Source: Candidatus Bathyarchaeota archaeon (lineage in GTDB: Archaea; Thermoproteota; Bathyarchaeia; 40CM-2-53-6). From it: a stretch of DNA of 64,000 nucleotides. The stretch covers positions 288,001 to 352,000 of the forward strand of contig CAVPLU010000004.1 in NCBI GenBank assembly GCA_963706285.1, written 5' to 3'. Positions 1-10,818 of this stretch are shown piece after piece; position 1 is the first letter of the stretch, and each line of letters begins with the position of its first letter. The notes under the pieces were generated by a model that saw only the letters and a program-made list of their open reading frames with translations, was not told the DNA's origin and did no database searches. Both the position numbers and the translations under genes were made by a program.

Positions 1-59
1 TTGACAATAGGTAAATCTGACCCGCATGAAACAAGGACTCTGGTGGAGAGCGAGTTCTG

Positions 60-1088
60 ATGAAGGCGGTGGTCTTTCACGAGCATGGAGGAATCGACAA
101 ACTCAGATACGAAGACCGACCGGAGCCTGTGGTGCGGGACAATGAGGTCCTAGTCCGGGTGAAGGCTTGTGCGCTCAATCATCTTGACATCTGGGCTCGA
201 GTAGGCCTTCCGGGCATCCAGATTCCCCTGCCTCACATCTCAGGGAACGACATTTGCGGTGAGGTCGTAAGCACAGGCAGACTGGTGACGCGAGCACGTT
301 CAGGGGACGCTGTAATTGTCTCCCCTGGTCTCAGTTGCGGTGCGTGCGAGTATTGCCTCTCGGGACGAGACAACATGTGCCGATCCTACAAGATCATAGG
401 GTATCTTACAGATGGCGGATACGCTGAACTAGTGAGCGTACCAGAAGTCAACATCATTCCCAAACCAGAGTGGCTGAAACCTGAGGAAGCCGCCGCGATC
501 CCACTCGTCTTCATGACCGCCTGGCATATGCTCGTCACTAGAGCTGGGATTTCTCCAGGAGAATACGTCCTGGTTCTTGGGGCGGGAAGCGGTGTTGGCA
601 GCGCTGCGATCCAGATAGCTAAGCTCTCGGGAGCGCGTGTGATCGCGACGGCGGGAAGTGAAGAAAAACTGAATCTCGCCAAGACGCTGGGAGCCGACGA
701 ACTCATCAACCACAATGAACAGGATATCGCGACAGAAGCGAGAAGAATAACCGAAAAACGAGGCGTCGATGTTGTCTTCGAGCATATAGGCTCAGCGACT
801 TGGGAGAAGAGCATCAAAGCGCTAGCCGTCGGAGGCAGACTCGTCACGTGCGGAGCCACAACCGGCTACGTGGGACAGACAGACATACGATACGTGTACA
901 GCAGGCAACTGTCAATTCTAGGATCATACATGGCCAGCAAAGCAGAACTCCTCAAAGTGATTGAGTTAGTGAGACAGCGGCGACTCAAACCCGTTGTCGA
1001 TAGAGTCTATCCACTAGCCGAAGCGGCGAGAGCACAGGAACGAATGGAGAAAAGAGAACACTTCGGCAAGATTGTCCTACAACCGTAG
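60..1088 (+). CDS. Zinc-binding MDR-family alcohol dehydrogenase / quinone oxidoreductase
   Basis: Structural Zn motif CGACEYC-x7-C, GAGSGVG nucleotide-binding motif, GKIVL C-terminus. Confidence 0.9.
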   Translation: MKAVVFHEHGGIDKLRYEDRPEPVVRDNEVLVRVKACALNHLDIWARVGLPGIQIPLPHISGNDICGEVVSTGRLVTRARSGDAVIVSPGLSCGACEYCLSGRDNMCRSYKIIGYLTDGGYAELVSVPEVNIIPKPEWLKPEEAAAIPLVFMTAWHMLVTRAGISPGEYVLVLGAGSGVGSAAIQIAKLSGARVIATAGSEEKLNLAKTLGADELINHNEQDIATEARRITEKRGVDVVFEHIGSATWEKSIKALAVGGRLVTCGATTGYVGQTDIRYVYSRQLSILGSYMASKAELLKVIELVRQRRLKPVVDRVYPLAEAARAQERMEKREHFGKIVLQP

Positions 1089-1241
1089 AACCAAGACCTC
1101 ATTCGGCGTCTCGGAGGAATGCAGTTACGCATAACGCCCAACGGCGCAAGGTCAATGATGCGTGTTCGACAGAAACTCGCTTTCAATTTGACCCAATGGA
1201 ACCCGAAGCAGGTATTCAATGATTAGGATCAAGATTGTCCT

Positions 1242-2567
1242 CTAGCGTTGAGGAATGCGACGGCGAGGAGTATAGATGGCCAGCATCCCTTTCCAGACTT
1301 CCTCGTATGCGTGACTCATCGTCTCTATGAGCGAGCGACTATTTGTCCAAAACCCTGCATCATCGCCGGTTTCCAAGTTGTCATCGTCCGGAATGCGTTG
1401 ATAGTAGAGCAGGTTATCATGGTCAGCTATTACGATACGAGCAGGCCCTATCGCTTCTGAGTGCCTGAGTTCGGCGACTGGCAGGAGCATTCTCGCACTT
1501 CGCGTGGTCTCCTTCGTAATAGGTGCGATTATTCGTATCCGAACATTTCTCTTATGGAGCATACCTAGGTCCTCAAGCCGATGATCTGCAAGGATCTCGA
1601 TTCCCTTCATCGTCGTCCAGAAATCGACGGTCTCTCGACAATTCTTCAGCATCTCAGACAGCTTGTGCCGGACTTCAACCCTGCCTTTCAAGATCGTCAA
1701 TTCCTCTTCGGTCTTCCCGGCCTTGATCGCTTCGAGCCGAGCCAATGCAGGGGTTGCGCTGCTCCAGATCTCGTTGAAGTACGCGCGAAGGCTCCGCACA
1801 AACGAGCGACTACTTATCCACGACGACACCTGTTCCGACCCGCGTCCGGCACCTTCCTCGATGCCCCCCATTCTGAAAAGGGCCTCCGCATCGTCAATGA
1901 TTGATACTCTCGGGATTGGTCTCTGATCCAGATCCAAGTGCCTGAATCCGATCAGGTTCTGAAATGGCTCCACGAATCGTGCGGTGGAAGTGTTGATGTC
2001 TGTGATCACTCGGACCTTGCGTCCCCGTTTCGCCAGCATTGACAAAGTGCCGAGCCCCACACGGCCGTTTCCTCCAGCAAGATCTGAAGCCTCCATAATC
2101 AAATCGATCTGGAGCTTCGAGTTCTCGCACATGAAAAGCAGCTTCTGCCCTATCCTTGCTCGTCCTTCAATGACCTGAAACCTCTCAAACTCTGGAGTTC
2201 CAATCTCAATGCCAATGCTCTCGAACGTACGCTCAAGAATGCCACTTCGCTCTTCTAGCACTGCAAGCCGGTTCTTCCGTTCTGCAATGAGTAATTCGAG
2301 ACATCGCGAGAAGGGGGCAGCTTGGAATCTGACCGGTTGTTCCAGACTGGACTCAACTAGGCCCCTGCGTTGCAGGTTTCTGAGGGTTCGGTAGGTTTCC
2401 GTCCGGTTTAGTTTAAGCGATCGTGCAACAATACTTGCTCTTTCAACACCGCGCTTCGCGAGAAAGGTAACAACCTTGGCCTCGTTCTTGCTCAATCCGT
2501 ACTCGGTGAGTTGGTCGACGATTTCCTCCATCGTTCGAGCGGTGTGGTGATCGAGGCTCATTATCAC
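1242..2567 (-). CDS. TrmB-family transcriptional regulator with two tandem effector-like domains
   Basis: N-terminal TrmB wHTH (YGLSKNEAKV...RTETYRTLRNLQRRGLVE...P), followed by two repeats with KRGRKVRVIT/KRNVRIRII and IID/IAD motifs. Confidence 0.85.
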   Translation of the reverse strand: MIMSLDHHTARTMEEIVDQLTEYGLSKNEAKVVTFLAKRGVERASIVARSLKLNRTETYRTLRNLQRRGLVESSLEQPVRFQAAPFSRCLELLIAERKNRLAVLEERSGILERTFESIGIEIGTPEFERFQVIEGRARIGQKLLFMCENSKLQIDLIMEASDLAGGNGRVGLGTLSMLAKRGRKVRVITDINTSTARFVEPFQNLIGFRHLDLDQRPIPRVSIIDDAEALFRMGGIEEGAGRGSEQVSSWISSRSFVRSLRAYFNEIWSSATPALARLEAIKAGKTEEELTILKGRVEVRHKLSEMLKNCRETVDFWTTMKGIEILADHRLEDLGMLHKRNVRIRIIAPITKETTRSARMLLPVAELRHSEAIGPARIVIADHDNLLYYQRIPDDDNLETGDDAGFWTNSRSLIETMSHAYEEVWKGMLAIYTPRRRIPQR

Positions 2568-2649
2568 GCTGGATCCTGTCTGTTACAAGACAGACACGCT
2601 ATCGAATATAAGAAGCCCGCAGACAGTTCAGATGCTAGGTGCAAACAAC

Positions 2650-2988
2650 ATGCCGATCGACCCGGAATTTATGAAACTGCCAGCAACTCAGAATCACCTA
2701 GGTCACGAAGTGCGAGGCACGATTCAGCCGCCAAGAAAGCTCGGAATCCATGGCATGACTGTTGCAGTGGACTTTGATGTCTGCGTTGCAGACGGAACCT
2801 GCATCTCAGTCTGCCCGGTGAACGTTTTCGAGTGGTTTGCGACGCCAGACTGCGAGACCCCAAACGCGAGCGGACGAGCGATCCTGGCCGCCAAGAAAGC
2901 GGACCCGGCGAGAGAGAATGATTGTATCTTCTGCCGCGCATGCGAGATCCAATGTCCCGTGACCGCGATCAAGATTACAGAACCATAA
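2650..2988 (+). CDS. zfx: Zinc-containing dicluster ferredoxin (Sulfolobus/Thermoplasma Zfx type)
   Basis: MPIDP...HLGH...LGIHG.TVAVDFDVCVADGTCISVCPVNVF...KADP...CIFCRACEIQCP; the His/His/His/Asp Zn ligands are present. Start placed at ATG 2650. Confidence 0.85.
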   Translation: MPIDPEFMKLPATQNHLGHEVRGTIQPPRKLGIHGMTVAVDFDVCVADGTCISVCPVNVFEWFATPDCETPNASGRAILAAKKADPARENDCIFCRACEIQCPVTAIKITEP

Positions 2989-3132
2989 CTGCCAATACCG
3001 GTGCAGTCGTAGTCACCACTCTGTCCTTTCTTTTTGCGCGCACACGGTCCAACTGTGCCAAGGGACCACTGCCACAGGGTAGTAAGGCAAAAATCAGCGC
3101 CCCTATCTCTAGGGTCAGGAGTCGGCGATTAG

Positions 3133-3792
3133 GTGCAGTTCTCTTCGACCTTCCCAACGTTCTTGGCAACAGTGGTGATCGTCACCGCTTCCGGGGCTCT
3201 CATGCCCGGGCCGCTCTTCGCAGCTAACCTGCTGCAGGGGACTAGAGGTGGAGCCAAGTCTGGTTTCATGATCTCAGTCGGACACATGATCGTAGAACTT
3301 CCGCTTGTCATGCTGATAGGTGTGGGCATCTCAAACCTGCTGAATCTTCCAGGCTTCTCCACGATCGTCGGTTTAGTCGGAGGATCCGCTTTGATACTTT
3401 TCGGAGCGTTCCAGATTAGAGATGTGACACGTAGCTCCTTCAACATTGAACCGGCTAAGGATGCCAAATTGCACAAGAGGTCATTGATGCTCGGCGTTGG
3501 GCTAACCGGGCTAAACCCGTTCTTCATCGTGTGGTGGCTAACGGTTGGCTTAGGACTCGTAGTTCAAGCAGTAGAGCTCGGTGCACTTCTAGGCGTCTTC
3601 ATAATGTACATCTCGCACGTATGGATGGACTACGCTTGGCTGACTGGCACTGCATACCTCTCAGCCAGAGGCAAGACACTACTCAAGGCGAGAGGATACA
3701 GACTACTGCTCGCCGGGTTAGCTCTGCTCCTTGTATACTTTGGAATAGGATTTGTTGCACGTGCCATATTCCAAATCAACATATTGCCATGA
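3133..3792 (+). CDS. LysE-family translocator
   Basis: SGALMPGP, GH.IVE and NPFFIVWWL motifs; hydrophobic. Confidence 0.9.
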   Translation: MQFSSTFPTFLATVVIVTASGALMPGPLFAANLLQGTRGGAKSGFMISVGHMIVELPLVMLIGVGISNLLNLPGFSTIVGLVGGSALILFGAFQIRDVTRSSFNIEPAKDAKLHKRSLMLGVGLTGLNPFFIVWWLTVGLGLVVQAVELGALLGVFIMYISHVWMDYAWLTGTAYLSARGKTLLKARGYRLLLAGLALLLVYFGIGFVARAIFQINILP

Positions 3793-3932
3793 AATCTGAA
3801 TGCCAAACGTGCAACGCACGAAGCCTATGGCAGAAGAATGTTACAGTAGACTTCTCATCAAGAACAATCGTCCGACAATTGAAATCAATACCGGATCTGC
3901 GAGCGATCTACGGCCTTTGGAACGCTCGATTC

Positions 3933-4508
3933 CTATTCTAGTTCCGGTGCAATGGTCTCTGTCGATGTCGTCGTGAACACATCATTTCCTAAATGAAGTA
4001 AGGGCTTGAATCGCTTGAGGTCATACACACCCTTGAATGCTTCTTTTTCAGCGTAGGCTGTCAATACATCGCCTATGACGAGAACATGATCGCCTCTCGG
4101 TATCATCTCTCTGACCCTGCATTCCACGTGAGCCACGCACTCATTGATGATTGGAGCGCCAACTCTCTTCGCCTTTCCAACGGTCAAACCGGTTTCTTTG
4201 AACTTATCTACGTCCTTTCCGGATTTGCGCCCGCAGTAGAGCACCTGATGCACCAAGTCGAACCCTGGAATGTTGACGACAAATTCAGCCGCTTGCTCCA
4301 GCAGCTTGTATGAGTGGCGCTCCTTCCTGATTGAGAAGACCAGCATTGGCGGGTTCAGGCTAACCGGCATGATCCATGCTATCGCCAAAGCGTTGGGTGG
4401 ACCGTTCTTTCCTTGACAAGTGACAAGAGTCGAAGTGAATGGACTCAAGAGTCGAGAAAATTCACCAAGTGGAACATCTATTGACGACATCGTAACGCAG
4501 CTCTTCAA
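3933..4508 (-). CDS. Flavin reductase-like FMN-binding protein
   Basis: PVSLNPP, CG.KSG.DVDKF and ECRV...GDH motifs. Confidence 0.9.
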   Translation of the reverse strand: MKSCVTMSSIDVPLGEFSRLLSPFTSTLVTCQGKNGPPNALAIAWIMPVSLNPPMLVFSIRKERHSYKLLEQAAEFVVNIPGFDLVHQVLYCGRKSGKDVDKFKETGLTVGKAKRVGAPIINECVAHVECRVREMIPRGDHVLVIGDVLTAYAEKEAFKGVYDLKRFKPLLHLGNDVFTTTSTETIAPELE

Positions 4509-4874
4509 CTAGGGTTTCTTGTTCATCTTCGCTCGCGCTTTGGTCAATCGCTTTGCGAGCACGGTCAGTTTGGCAAGTGGAAATGGTCGCTGAGTCGTCA
4601 CCAGAATGAAGCCGTCTTCTAGGTAGAGGATCATCACGATCAGTTTCTGATGGACGAGAATTGAATACTCTGAGGCACCGAAAAACACCGCTCTTGTTTC
4701 CGCAGATTCACGAGCGATGAGTTGCGAAATCAATTCGGGGGTCTTCTCAAGAGGCTCAATAGGTTCGATTTCAGCACGCATTCCCCCTTCAAGTATTCTT
4801 CCCTCGCCGTCGACAACTGCTGCAAACCTGACCCTCTTGTCGAACCGCATCGCAGACTCGTAGACCCCGACCAA
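4509..4874 (-). CDS. Roadblock/profilin-like small protein (DUF6659-like)
   Basis: VRFAAVVD.EG.ILEGGMR pattern typical of TACK roadblock-like proteins. Confidence 0.6.
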   Translation of the reverse strand: MVGVYESAMRFDKRVRFAAVVDGEGRILEGGMRAEIEPIEPLEKTPELISQLIARESAETRAVFFGASEYSILVHQKLIVMILYLEDGFILVTTQRPFPLAKLTVLAKRLTKARAKMNKKP

Positions 4875-4938
4875 TCGAAACGCCTTGTCAACCCGCTATG
4901 TTCGCAAGGTAAAACAGTTGTGGAATAACAGGAGTGCC

Positions 4939-5472
4939 TTAGTTCCTGGCGAAGTTTTCGGGAGTCTGATTCTCGAAGAGTCCGCGATAGTGACCCGTTC
5001 CAATCGTTCTCTGAAGAATGAGTTGGCAGACTGCAGTATGCGGAAATATCTCAAGCGGAGATGGACCAAAGTTGCTTAACTCGAGAACCTGATGATTCGA
5101 TATACCCGGCTGCACAAAACTCGCAGAAATGTGAACTAGCAATCCCAGTCTTGAGAACCGGCTGCGCCCTTCGAGCCACCCGCACACGTTGTCTGGCAGT
5201 GTCACCTTCTCTTCAGTTATGCCCAGGACAGTCTCGCTGGGACTTAGTTGGATCCCCGACCCACGTGGAACGCGAATCCCCCGGGTTGCCCTCCTAAAGT
5301 CGGTCAGGTCGGTAACTGGAAGAACCTTGTGCGGCGACTGAAAAACTCGAAACGCATTCGCTAGGTGCAAGTCGATTGAGGCAGCTCTGACGCAACTTGA
5401 CCGGAACGGTTCAATCTTGACCTTTCGAGCTTTGATTTCCCGTAGAATCTCACTTCTCGCCAGAACACTCAC
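4939..5472 (-). CDS. dcd: dCTP deaminase
   Basis: ASIDLHL, EGRSRFSRLGLLVH, LELSN and CQL motifs; GTG start at 5472 inferred. Confidence 0.92.
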   Translation of the reverse strand: MSVLARSEILREIKARKVKIEPFRSSCVRAASIDLHLANAFRVFQSPHKVLPVTDLTDFRRATRGIRVPRGSGIQLSPSETVLGITEEKVTLPDNVCGWLEGRSRFSRLGLLVHISASFVQPGISNHQVLELSNFGPSPLEIFPHTAVCQLILQRTIGTGHYRGLFENQTPENFARN

Positions 5473-5559
5473 ACATGATACCTCTAATTGAAAGCCCGCT
5501 TGAGCCACTGATGGCAGTAGGGCTATTTCAAACAAGCGCGGTTGTGGGCGAATTTGGTT

Positions 5560-5700
5560 GCGTTTGATAATCGCGCAGTTAGAAAAGCAATCCTTAGCCT
5601 GACGCAGGCAGAGGCGAAGAGGTTTGGTGTTGGAAAGAGCACACTACATTATCTGAGGAAGCACGCGAGAGAAGAGAAACCATTCAGAATCTACAACGCA
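5560..5700 (+). pseudogene. C-terminal HTH remnant of a stand-alone (non-CRISPR) Cas1
   Basis: DNRAVRKAILSLTQAEAKRFGVGKSTLHYLRKHAREEKPFRIY resembles the tail of archaeal Cas1-solo proteins (recalled pattern). No catalytic domain and no array. Confidence 0.6.
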
Positions 5701-5854
5701 CGTCCTGTTGAAACTGAACAGCTGACCTATTCTCTCTCGTCGTTCAATATGAATTGCATTTAACGCCAATCTCAGGATCGTAGTGTAGTGTCGATTGCTT
5801 TTACCTGCAATCAGCCTAAGTAGATGAATATCAAGAGTTATTCTTCGAAGAAGA

Positions 5855-6041
5855 ATGAAAAGAATAAACATTGAGGTTCCAGATGATGTTGGCATGCGCG
5901 TATTGAAGGATGCTTGCGTCAGCTGAGGGCAAAGGATTCTACGAATGGCTCAAAGATGACCTCACTCAGATATGCCCTGACGAACGAACGCTTCTCGAAA
6001 TGCTCAGGACGTCAGAAATGATCGTACTCGCTACGCGGTGA
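5855..6041 (+). CDS. Small ribbon-helix-helix protein split by a +1 frameshift
   Basis: MKRINIEVPDDVGMRVLKDAC, then the +1 frame gives SAEGKGFYEWLKDDL...; span 187 = 3n+1. Confidence 0.5.
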
Positions 6042-7274
6042 GAGTAGCATATTCAACACGGCTACTGGTAAGACAAATTCAAGAAACCGCGTCTAGCGTT
6101 GATGTCTGAGACGAGAAGGGTTTAAGCAAGAAGCCGAATGACTCACCCGTGAGCAGTGCTGGACAACTATAGCGGCGAACGAAGAGCAACGTGCAGGACT
6201 TAACTCTCGTAGAATGGGACGAAGATCGAGAAAACCAAGATGGCGAATCTACAAGAGCAGACGCCTGATGCGCATGGTCGATACAGAGAAGTATACAAAG
6301 AAACCATCCGACGAGATAGTGAAAATTCGCTGAAGCTATAGCGGCAACAACTTCGAAGCGAGATCGGATCGCTGTCCACACTTCTGTCGGATGTCCTTGC
6401 TGTCGATAGAAGAATCTATCTGAATCTTGTCAGGAGACTGTGTTACCGACGTCGTGAGTAGGACACAGCGAAATCACTGAGATATTGAATCATGAAGGTG
6501 ATTGCTCGGCAGTGTCTGCACCGTCGTCCCTCGCGGAGTCATAACATGCTCGAATCTTCGCGGTTTTCTGAAAACTCGCCACAGCGGTTCGACGCAACCT
6601 GCCGTTTATTCGAAGTTGTTCGGATCGACTAACGACTAGCTCGCGAGAACTCGAAGCGGAACATTTGCGTTTCAGCGGATAACTGGACCCGAGCAAACGC
6701 AATCCTGAACCGGCAATAATCCGTCAAGATGAGACGGCTACGAGACATGAGGAGTCTTATCCGTTGACAAGACTCAGCCGAAGTCTGGCGCGTTGGGATT
6801 ATGTTGCTCGAACGAGACTGCGTGTATGACCGCCTAAGTTCGCGAAGATACGCTGTCGAATCTGACTGACGGGATATCACGCGCAACAGGAACAGGGCTG
6901 CGACAAGCTTCTGTTGACTACGACAAGCTTCAATCGTTGTCATGGAGTTCGGGCCGATCGTGTCTCAGTTCTGAAGGAGTCTCGGAACCGTTACCGGAGT
7001 CCGTCATTTTCGGCAAAGCTCGCGAATGGCAAGATACGTCCAAAGATCTCGGTGAGGTAACGTTTGACAAAGACCACTTGTTTGGGGGACTTCGATACTT
7101 CCTCGAACGAAAGCGAGATCTTCGACGCGCCCGAAGATGTCGCAACAGAACTGCGGAAGTACTTTGTCTGATCTATCTTTGTTGCACGAAGAGAGCGATT
7201 GGATTATTCAGGAAAGGAGATAAACCCGCGGATCTGACATCGTGCTCCTCTCTGGCATATGAGGCATCGGAAGC

Positions 7275-8474
7275 TTGACGGCGAAGAACATTACATCGAA
7301 GACAGAGTTGCCTAAAGAACTTGGAATGAAGAATGTTGCTAATCTTGGCATCGTGAGTATGTTCACGGACATCTCAACGGAGATGATCTTAGGCATCCTG
7401 CCTATCTTTGTAATTACTCAACTCGGCGCGACAAAGGAATTGCTTGGCCTAATGGAAGGCACGGCAGATTTCCTCAACTACATGTTTCGTGTATTCTCAG
7501 GAGCAATGTCCGATCGACTCGGTCGCCGAAAACCGCTAGTGTTCCTTGGCTACGGGCTTTCGACGCTCGCCAAACCTCTCTTCGCTCTTGTGACGAGTTG
7601 GAGCGGCGCGTTCGTCGTAAGACTAGCCGACAGAACCGGGAAGGGCATCCGAACATCACCACGTGACGCACTCATCAGCGAATCCGTAAAAGAGGCAAAG
7701 AGCGGAACAGCGTTTGGGCTCCATCGTTCCGCTGACCAAGTCGGAGCCGTCGTAGGCCCGATCCTCGCCTTTATGCTCGTGCCATTGTTCGGATTCAAGG
7801 GAATTTTCTGGATTTCGCTGATTCCGGGTGCATTGTCGCTGATCGTTCTCATATTCTTCGTTCAAGATCGAATAAGACCGAAGAATTCCACACCAATATT
7901 CAAGAACGCTGGGAACGTTCTCACGAGGAGATTCAAAATCTTCCTGGTAGTGATGGGCATCTTCGCGCTTGGTGCCTACAACTTCTCATTCGTGTTGGTG
8001 GAGGCGAGCACTCTGGGCGTTTCGAACGATACCATTGCCTTGGTCTATGCTACCTTGAATGTGGCTACGATCGTAGTGGGATTCCCATCAGGCATACTTT
8101 CCGACAGATTTGGAAAGGATAAGATTCTGGTAGTGGGTTTCGGGGTCTTCTTTGTCGCTTCCCTAGCAGGGGCAATGGCAACCGAAGGTGTCTTGCTGGC
8201 GTTTGGAATCGCCTTCATATATGGTGCGTATATCGGAATCTCAGAGACTCTACAGCGAGCTCTGGTTCCGTCATTCGTCTCGCCCGAGTTGAAGGGAACG
8301 GCATACAGTATCTACTATCTCGTGATCGGCACGGGCTCGTTGGTGGCGAACCTCATATTCGGAGTACTCTCGGATCATTTTTCGATGAGCACGGCGTTTA
8401 CTTACAGCCTCATCACATCTTCGGCGGGAATTCTAGGCATGCTTGCTTTCATCATCTTGAAACCAAAGAGGTAA
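7275..8474 (+). CDS. MFS transporter
   Basis: SDRLGRRK and DRTGKGIRTSPRDALIS motifs; about 12 TM. Confidence 0.93.
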   Translation: MTAKNITSKTELPKELGMKNVANLGIVSMFTDISTEMILGILPIFVITQLGATKELLGLMEGTADFLNYMFRVFSGAMSDRLGRRKPLVFLGYGLSTLAKPLFALVTSWSGAFVVRLADRTGKGIRTSPRDALISESVKEAKSGTAFGLHRSADQVGAVVGPILAFMLVPLFGFKGIFWISLIPGALSLIVLIFFVQDRIRPKNSTPIFKNAGNVLTRRFKIFLVVMGIFALGAYNFSFVLVEASTLGVSNDTIALVYATLNVATIVVGFPSGILSDRFGKDKILVVGFGVFFVASLAGAMATEGVLLAFGIAFIYGAYIGISETLQRALVPSFVSPELKGTAYSIYYLVIGTGSLVANLIFGVLSDHFSMSTAFTYSLITSSAGILGMLAFIILKPKR

Positions 8475-8540
8475 TTTCGCGGATCAATTCGTTAAGAAGA
8501 GTCCTCGAAACCATGTAATCATGACCCCTCAACACTGAAG

Positions 8541-9719
8541 GTGATGCAAATGGATCCCGCAGAGCGCGTAGATCGCACTTACATTGTAGATTTGCTGAAG
8601 GAGTTGGTGGCAACCAACAGTGTGAATCCATCTGTTGGCAGGGGCCCCGGCGAGTCCGCCATTGCCAGCCTCCTCTCTGATCGACTTGACTCCATTGGCG
8701 GTCTAGAGGTTCGAACACAGCCTGTTGCCGACGAGAGAAGCAATGTTATCGCGACTATGAAGGGTTCAGGCGGCGGACGAAGTCTGATGCTGAACGGCCA
8801 TATGGACACCGTCGGCATTGACGGGATGATCATTCAACCATTCACGCCATCGATTCAGGAAGGCCTGCTACGTGGGAGAGGTGCGTGTGATATGAAAGGC
8901 GCACTTGCAGCCATGATCGGTGCGCTGAAATCCATAATGGATTCTGGAATGAGACTACGTGGAGATGTTGTCTTCAGCGCTGTGGTTGATGAAGAGTACA
9001 AGAGTGCCGGGACCAGGAAACTCATCCAAGAGTACAGGACCGACGCGGCTATTGTCGGTGAACCCACGGCTATGAAAGTGGCGACAGCTCACAAAGGGTT
9101 CGCTTGGATCGAGATCGAAGTCAAAGGGAAAGCGGCCCATGGATCAGTCCCTGAAAAAGGAGTAGACGCCATCGCCCACGCCACAAAGATCGTATCAGAG
9201 ATGGACAAACTGCAACAGAAACTCAATGGCAAAGTGCACCCGCTTCTGGGAAGCCCCAAAATTCACACTTCAACAATACAAGGCGGCACTGACTGGAGCA
9301 TAATCCCCGAACGCTGCACTCTTAGACTTGAGAGACGAACGCTCCCAGGAGAGACGATAACCTCCGTAATGGGAGAGATCGAAGACATCTTCAAGATCAT
9401 CAAACAAGAGAATTCTCAATTTAACGCCACGGCCAGAAGCCCATACGACATGCCCCCTCTTGAAACGCCCGAGACGGCACAGATCGTGCAGCTAACACAG
9501 CAAGCTCTTGCCGAAAAGACGGGGACGAGAGGACCTGTGATCGGGGTCCCGTATTGGACCGATGCCGCACTCCTGTCCACGCTGGGCTCAATACCCACCT
9601 GTCTATTCGGGCCCGGAGACATTGGCGTGGCACACTCAGCTGACGAGTACATCAGCCTTGAAGATGTATTGAACTCAGCTCGAGTCTACAGCGCCGTCAT
9701 CCAGAGGTACTGTTCCTAG
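8541..9719 (+). CDS. ArgE/DapE-family M20 deacylase
   Basis: NGHMDTV, GRGACDMKG, DEE, VGEPT and AHSADEY motifs. Confidence 0.92.
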   Translation: MMQMDPAERVDRTYIVDLLKELVATNSVNPSVGRGPGESAIASLLSDRLDSIGGLEVRTQPVADERSNVIATMKGSGGGRSLMLNGHMDTVGIDGMIIQPFTPSIQEGLLRGRGACDMKGALAAMIGALKSIMDSGMRLRGDVVFSAVVDEEYKSAGTRKLIQEYRTDAAIVGEPTAMKVATAHKGFAWIEIEVKGKAAHGSVPEKGVDAIAHATKIVSEMDKLQQKLNGKVHPLLGSPKIHTSTIQGGTDWSIIPERCTLRLERRTLPGETITSVMGEIEDIFKIIKQENSQFNATARSPYDMPPLETPETAQIVQLTQQALAEKTGTRGPVIGVPYWTDAALLSTLGSIPTCLFGPGDIGVAHSADEYISLEDVLNSARVYSAVIQRYCS

Positions 9720-9889
9720 TTTTTCGGCAATTTGAAGGGTATTGTAAGCCATACATGGCAATGCGGTAGCGGTCAACTGAACTTCAACCACGTCTTATGA
9801 TTACTTCTTTGATCGCAAAGACAGACGCCGATTACTTGCTATTTGTCAGGCACCAGTCTGAAACTCTCATTTCTACTGCCATAGACACA

Positions 9890-10180
9890 ATGAAGCGATG
9901 GGCCATGATGAAAAGGGATGATCACTCGCACAGGGCAACACGTCATAGGAGCACACGTCAAGGTTTTGAGAAGACTCTTCACAACCCATGCCCAAGCTGC
10001 GGAAGTCCCGAGTTAGCCGTCTATTTTGAGTCAGGCAGCCCACGGAAGGTAGGAGCACTATGCTACTCCTGCGGTACTGTGGGTTTCTTCGCTCGAAAGA
10101 ACTTCTTTCAGCTAGGTAGGATATCTCTAAGGAACGAGCCACGACTTGCTCAACGACGCCGTAGGCGCACAAGTCACTAG
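9890..10180 (+). CDS. Small Zn-ribbon protein
   Basis: CPSC-x17-CYSC. Confidence 0.5.
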   Translation: MKRWAMMKRDDHSHRATRHRSTRQGFEKTLHNPCPSCGSPELAVYFESGSPRKVGALCYSCGTVGFFARKNFFQLGRISLRNEPRLAQRRRRRTSH

Positions 10181-10380
10181 TCGATGCGTCTCGCTACTGA
10201 GGCCGGGTTGGAAATGCGGTTCAGGAAGCAGCGGTCGATCCGGCTACGTAGTTTTGTTCTTAGAATCCCAACGCGAGTGATAGGCTGGTTGGAAGAAGAA
10301 TGGCGGCCGGTTTCTGGCGTAGGTTCCGGTACACTTCTAAGGTGAGTCAATCTAGCTGAGCACTCGTTCGAAGGATCTGA

Positions 10381-10818
10381 TTGGTGATGTCGGCTAACGA
10401 TCGGCTCATAGCAAAGATCCTAGGAGCACGGATAATTGCTGTGGTCGGTTTGTCTAAAGACCCTGCGAAACCGAGCCATGGTGTCGCAAGCTATTTGCAG
10501 TCTCATGGCTACCGAATCGTACCCATCAATCCAACAATTGACGAAGCTCTGGGTGAAAAAGCATACAAGTCCTTACTTGATCTTCCTGAAGAACTCAAAC
10601 GTCAGATCGATGTCGTGGACATCTTCCGGCGAGCTGAGGATGTTATGCCCATTGTCGAACAAGCCATCGAACTGCACAATAGTTACGGGCATCCCGTTGC
10701 CGTGTGGATGCAATTGGGAATAGTGAATGAAGACGCAGCGAGGAAGGCGAGGGCTGCGGGTCTCGACGTAATTATGGATCACTGCATGAAGATTGAGCAC
10801 GGAAGGTTAGTTCTGTAG
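10381..10818 (+). CDS. CoA-binding protein (YccU-like)
   Basis: IAVVGLS, DVVDIFRR, VWMQLGI and DHCMKIEH motifs. Confidence 0.92.
   Translation: MVMSANDRLIAKILGARIIAVVGLSKDPAKPSHGVASYLQSHGYRIVPINPTIDEALGEKAYKSLLDLPEELKRQIDVVDIFRRAEDVMPIVEQAIELHNSYGHPVAVWMQLGIVNEDAARKARAAGLDVIMDHCMKIEHGRLVL

Noticed and set aside
5487-5714. ATTGAAAG and GTTGAAAC, resembling CRISPR repeat ends, around the Cas1-like fragment
   Set aside because: No repeated 25-40-nt unit and no regular spacing, so not an array.
6840-6900. LTDGISRATG resembling an AhcY motif
   Set aside because: Too short, and the flanking frames show no further similarity.
10200-10250. CAGGAAGCAGC resembling SRP RNA helix 8
   Set aside because: No GNRA-capped helix 8 or flanking SRP helices.
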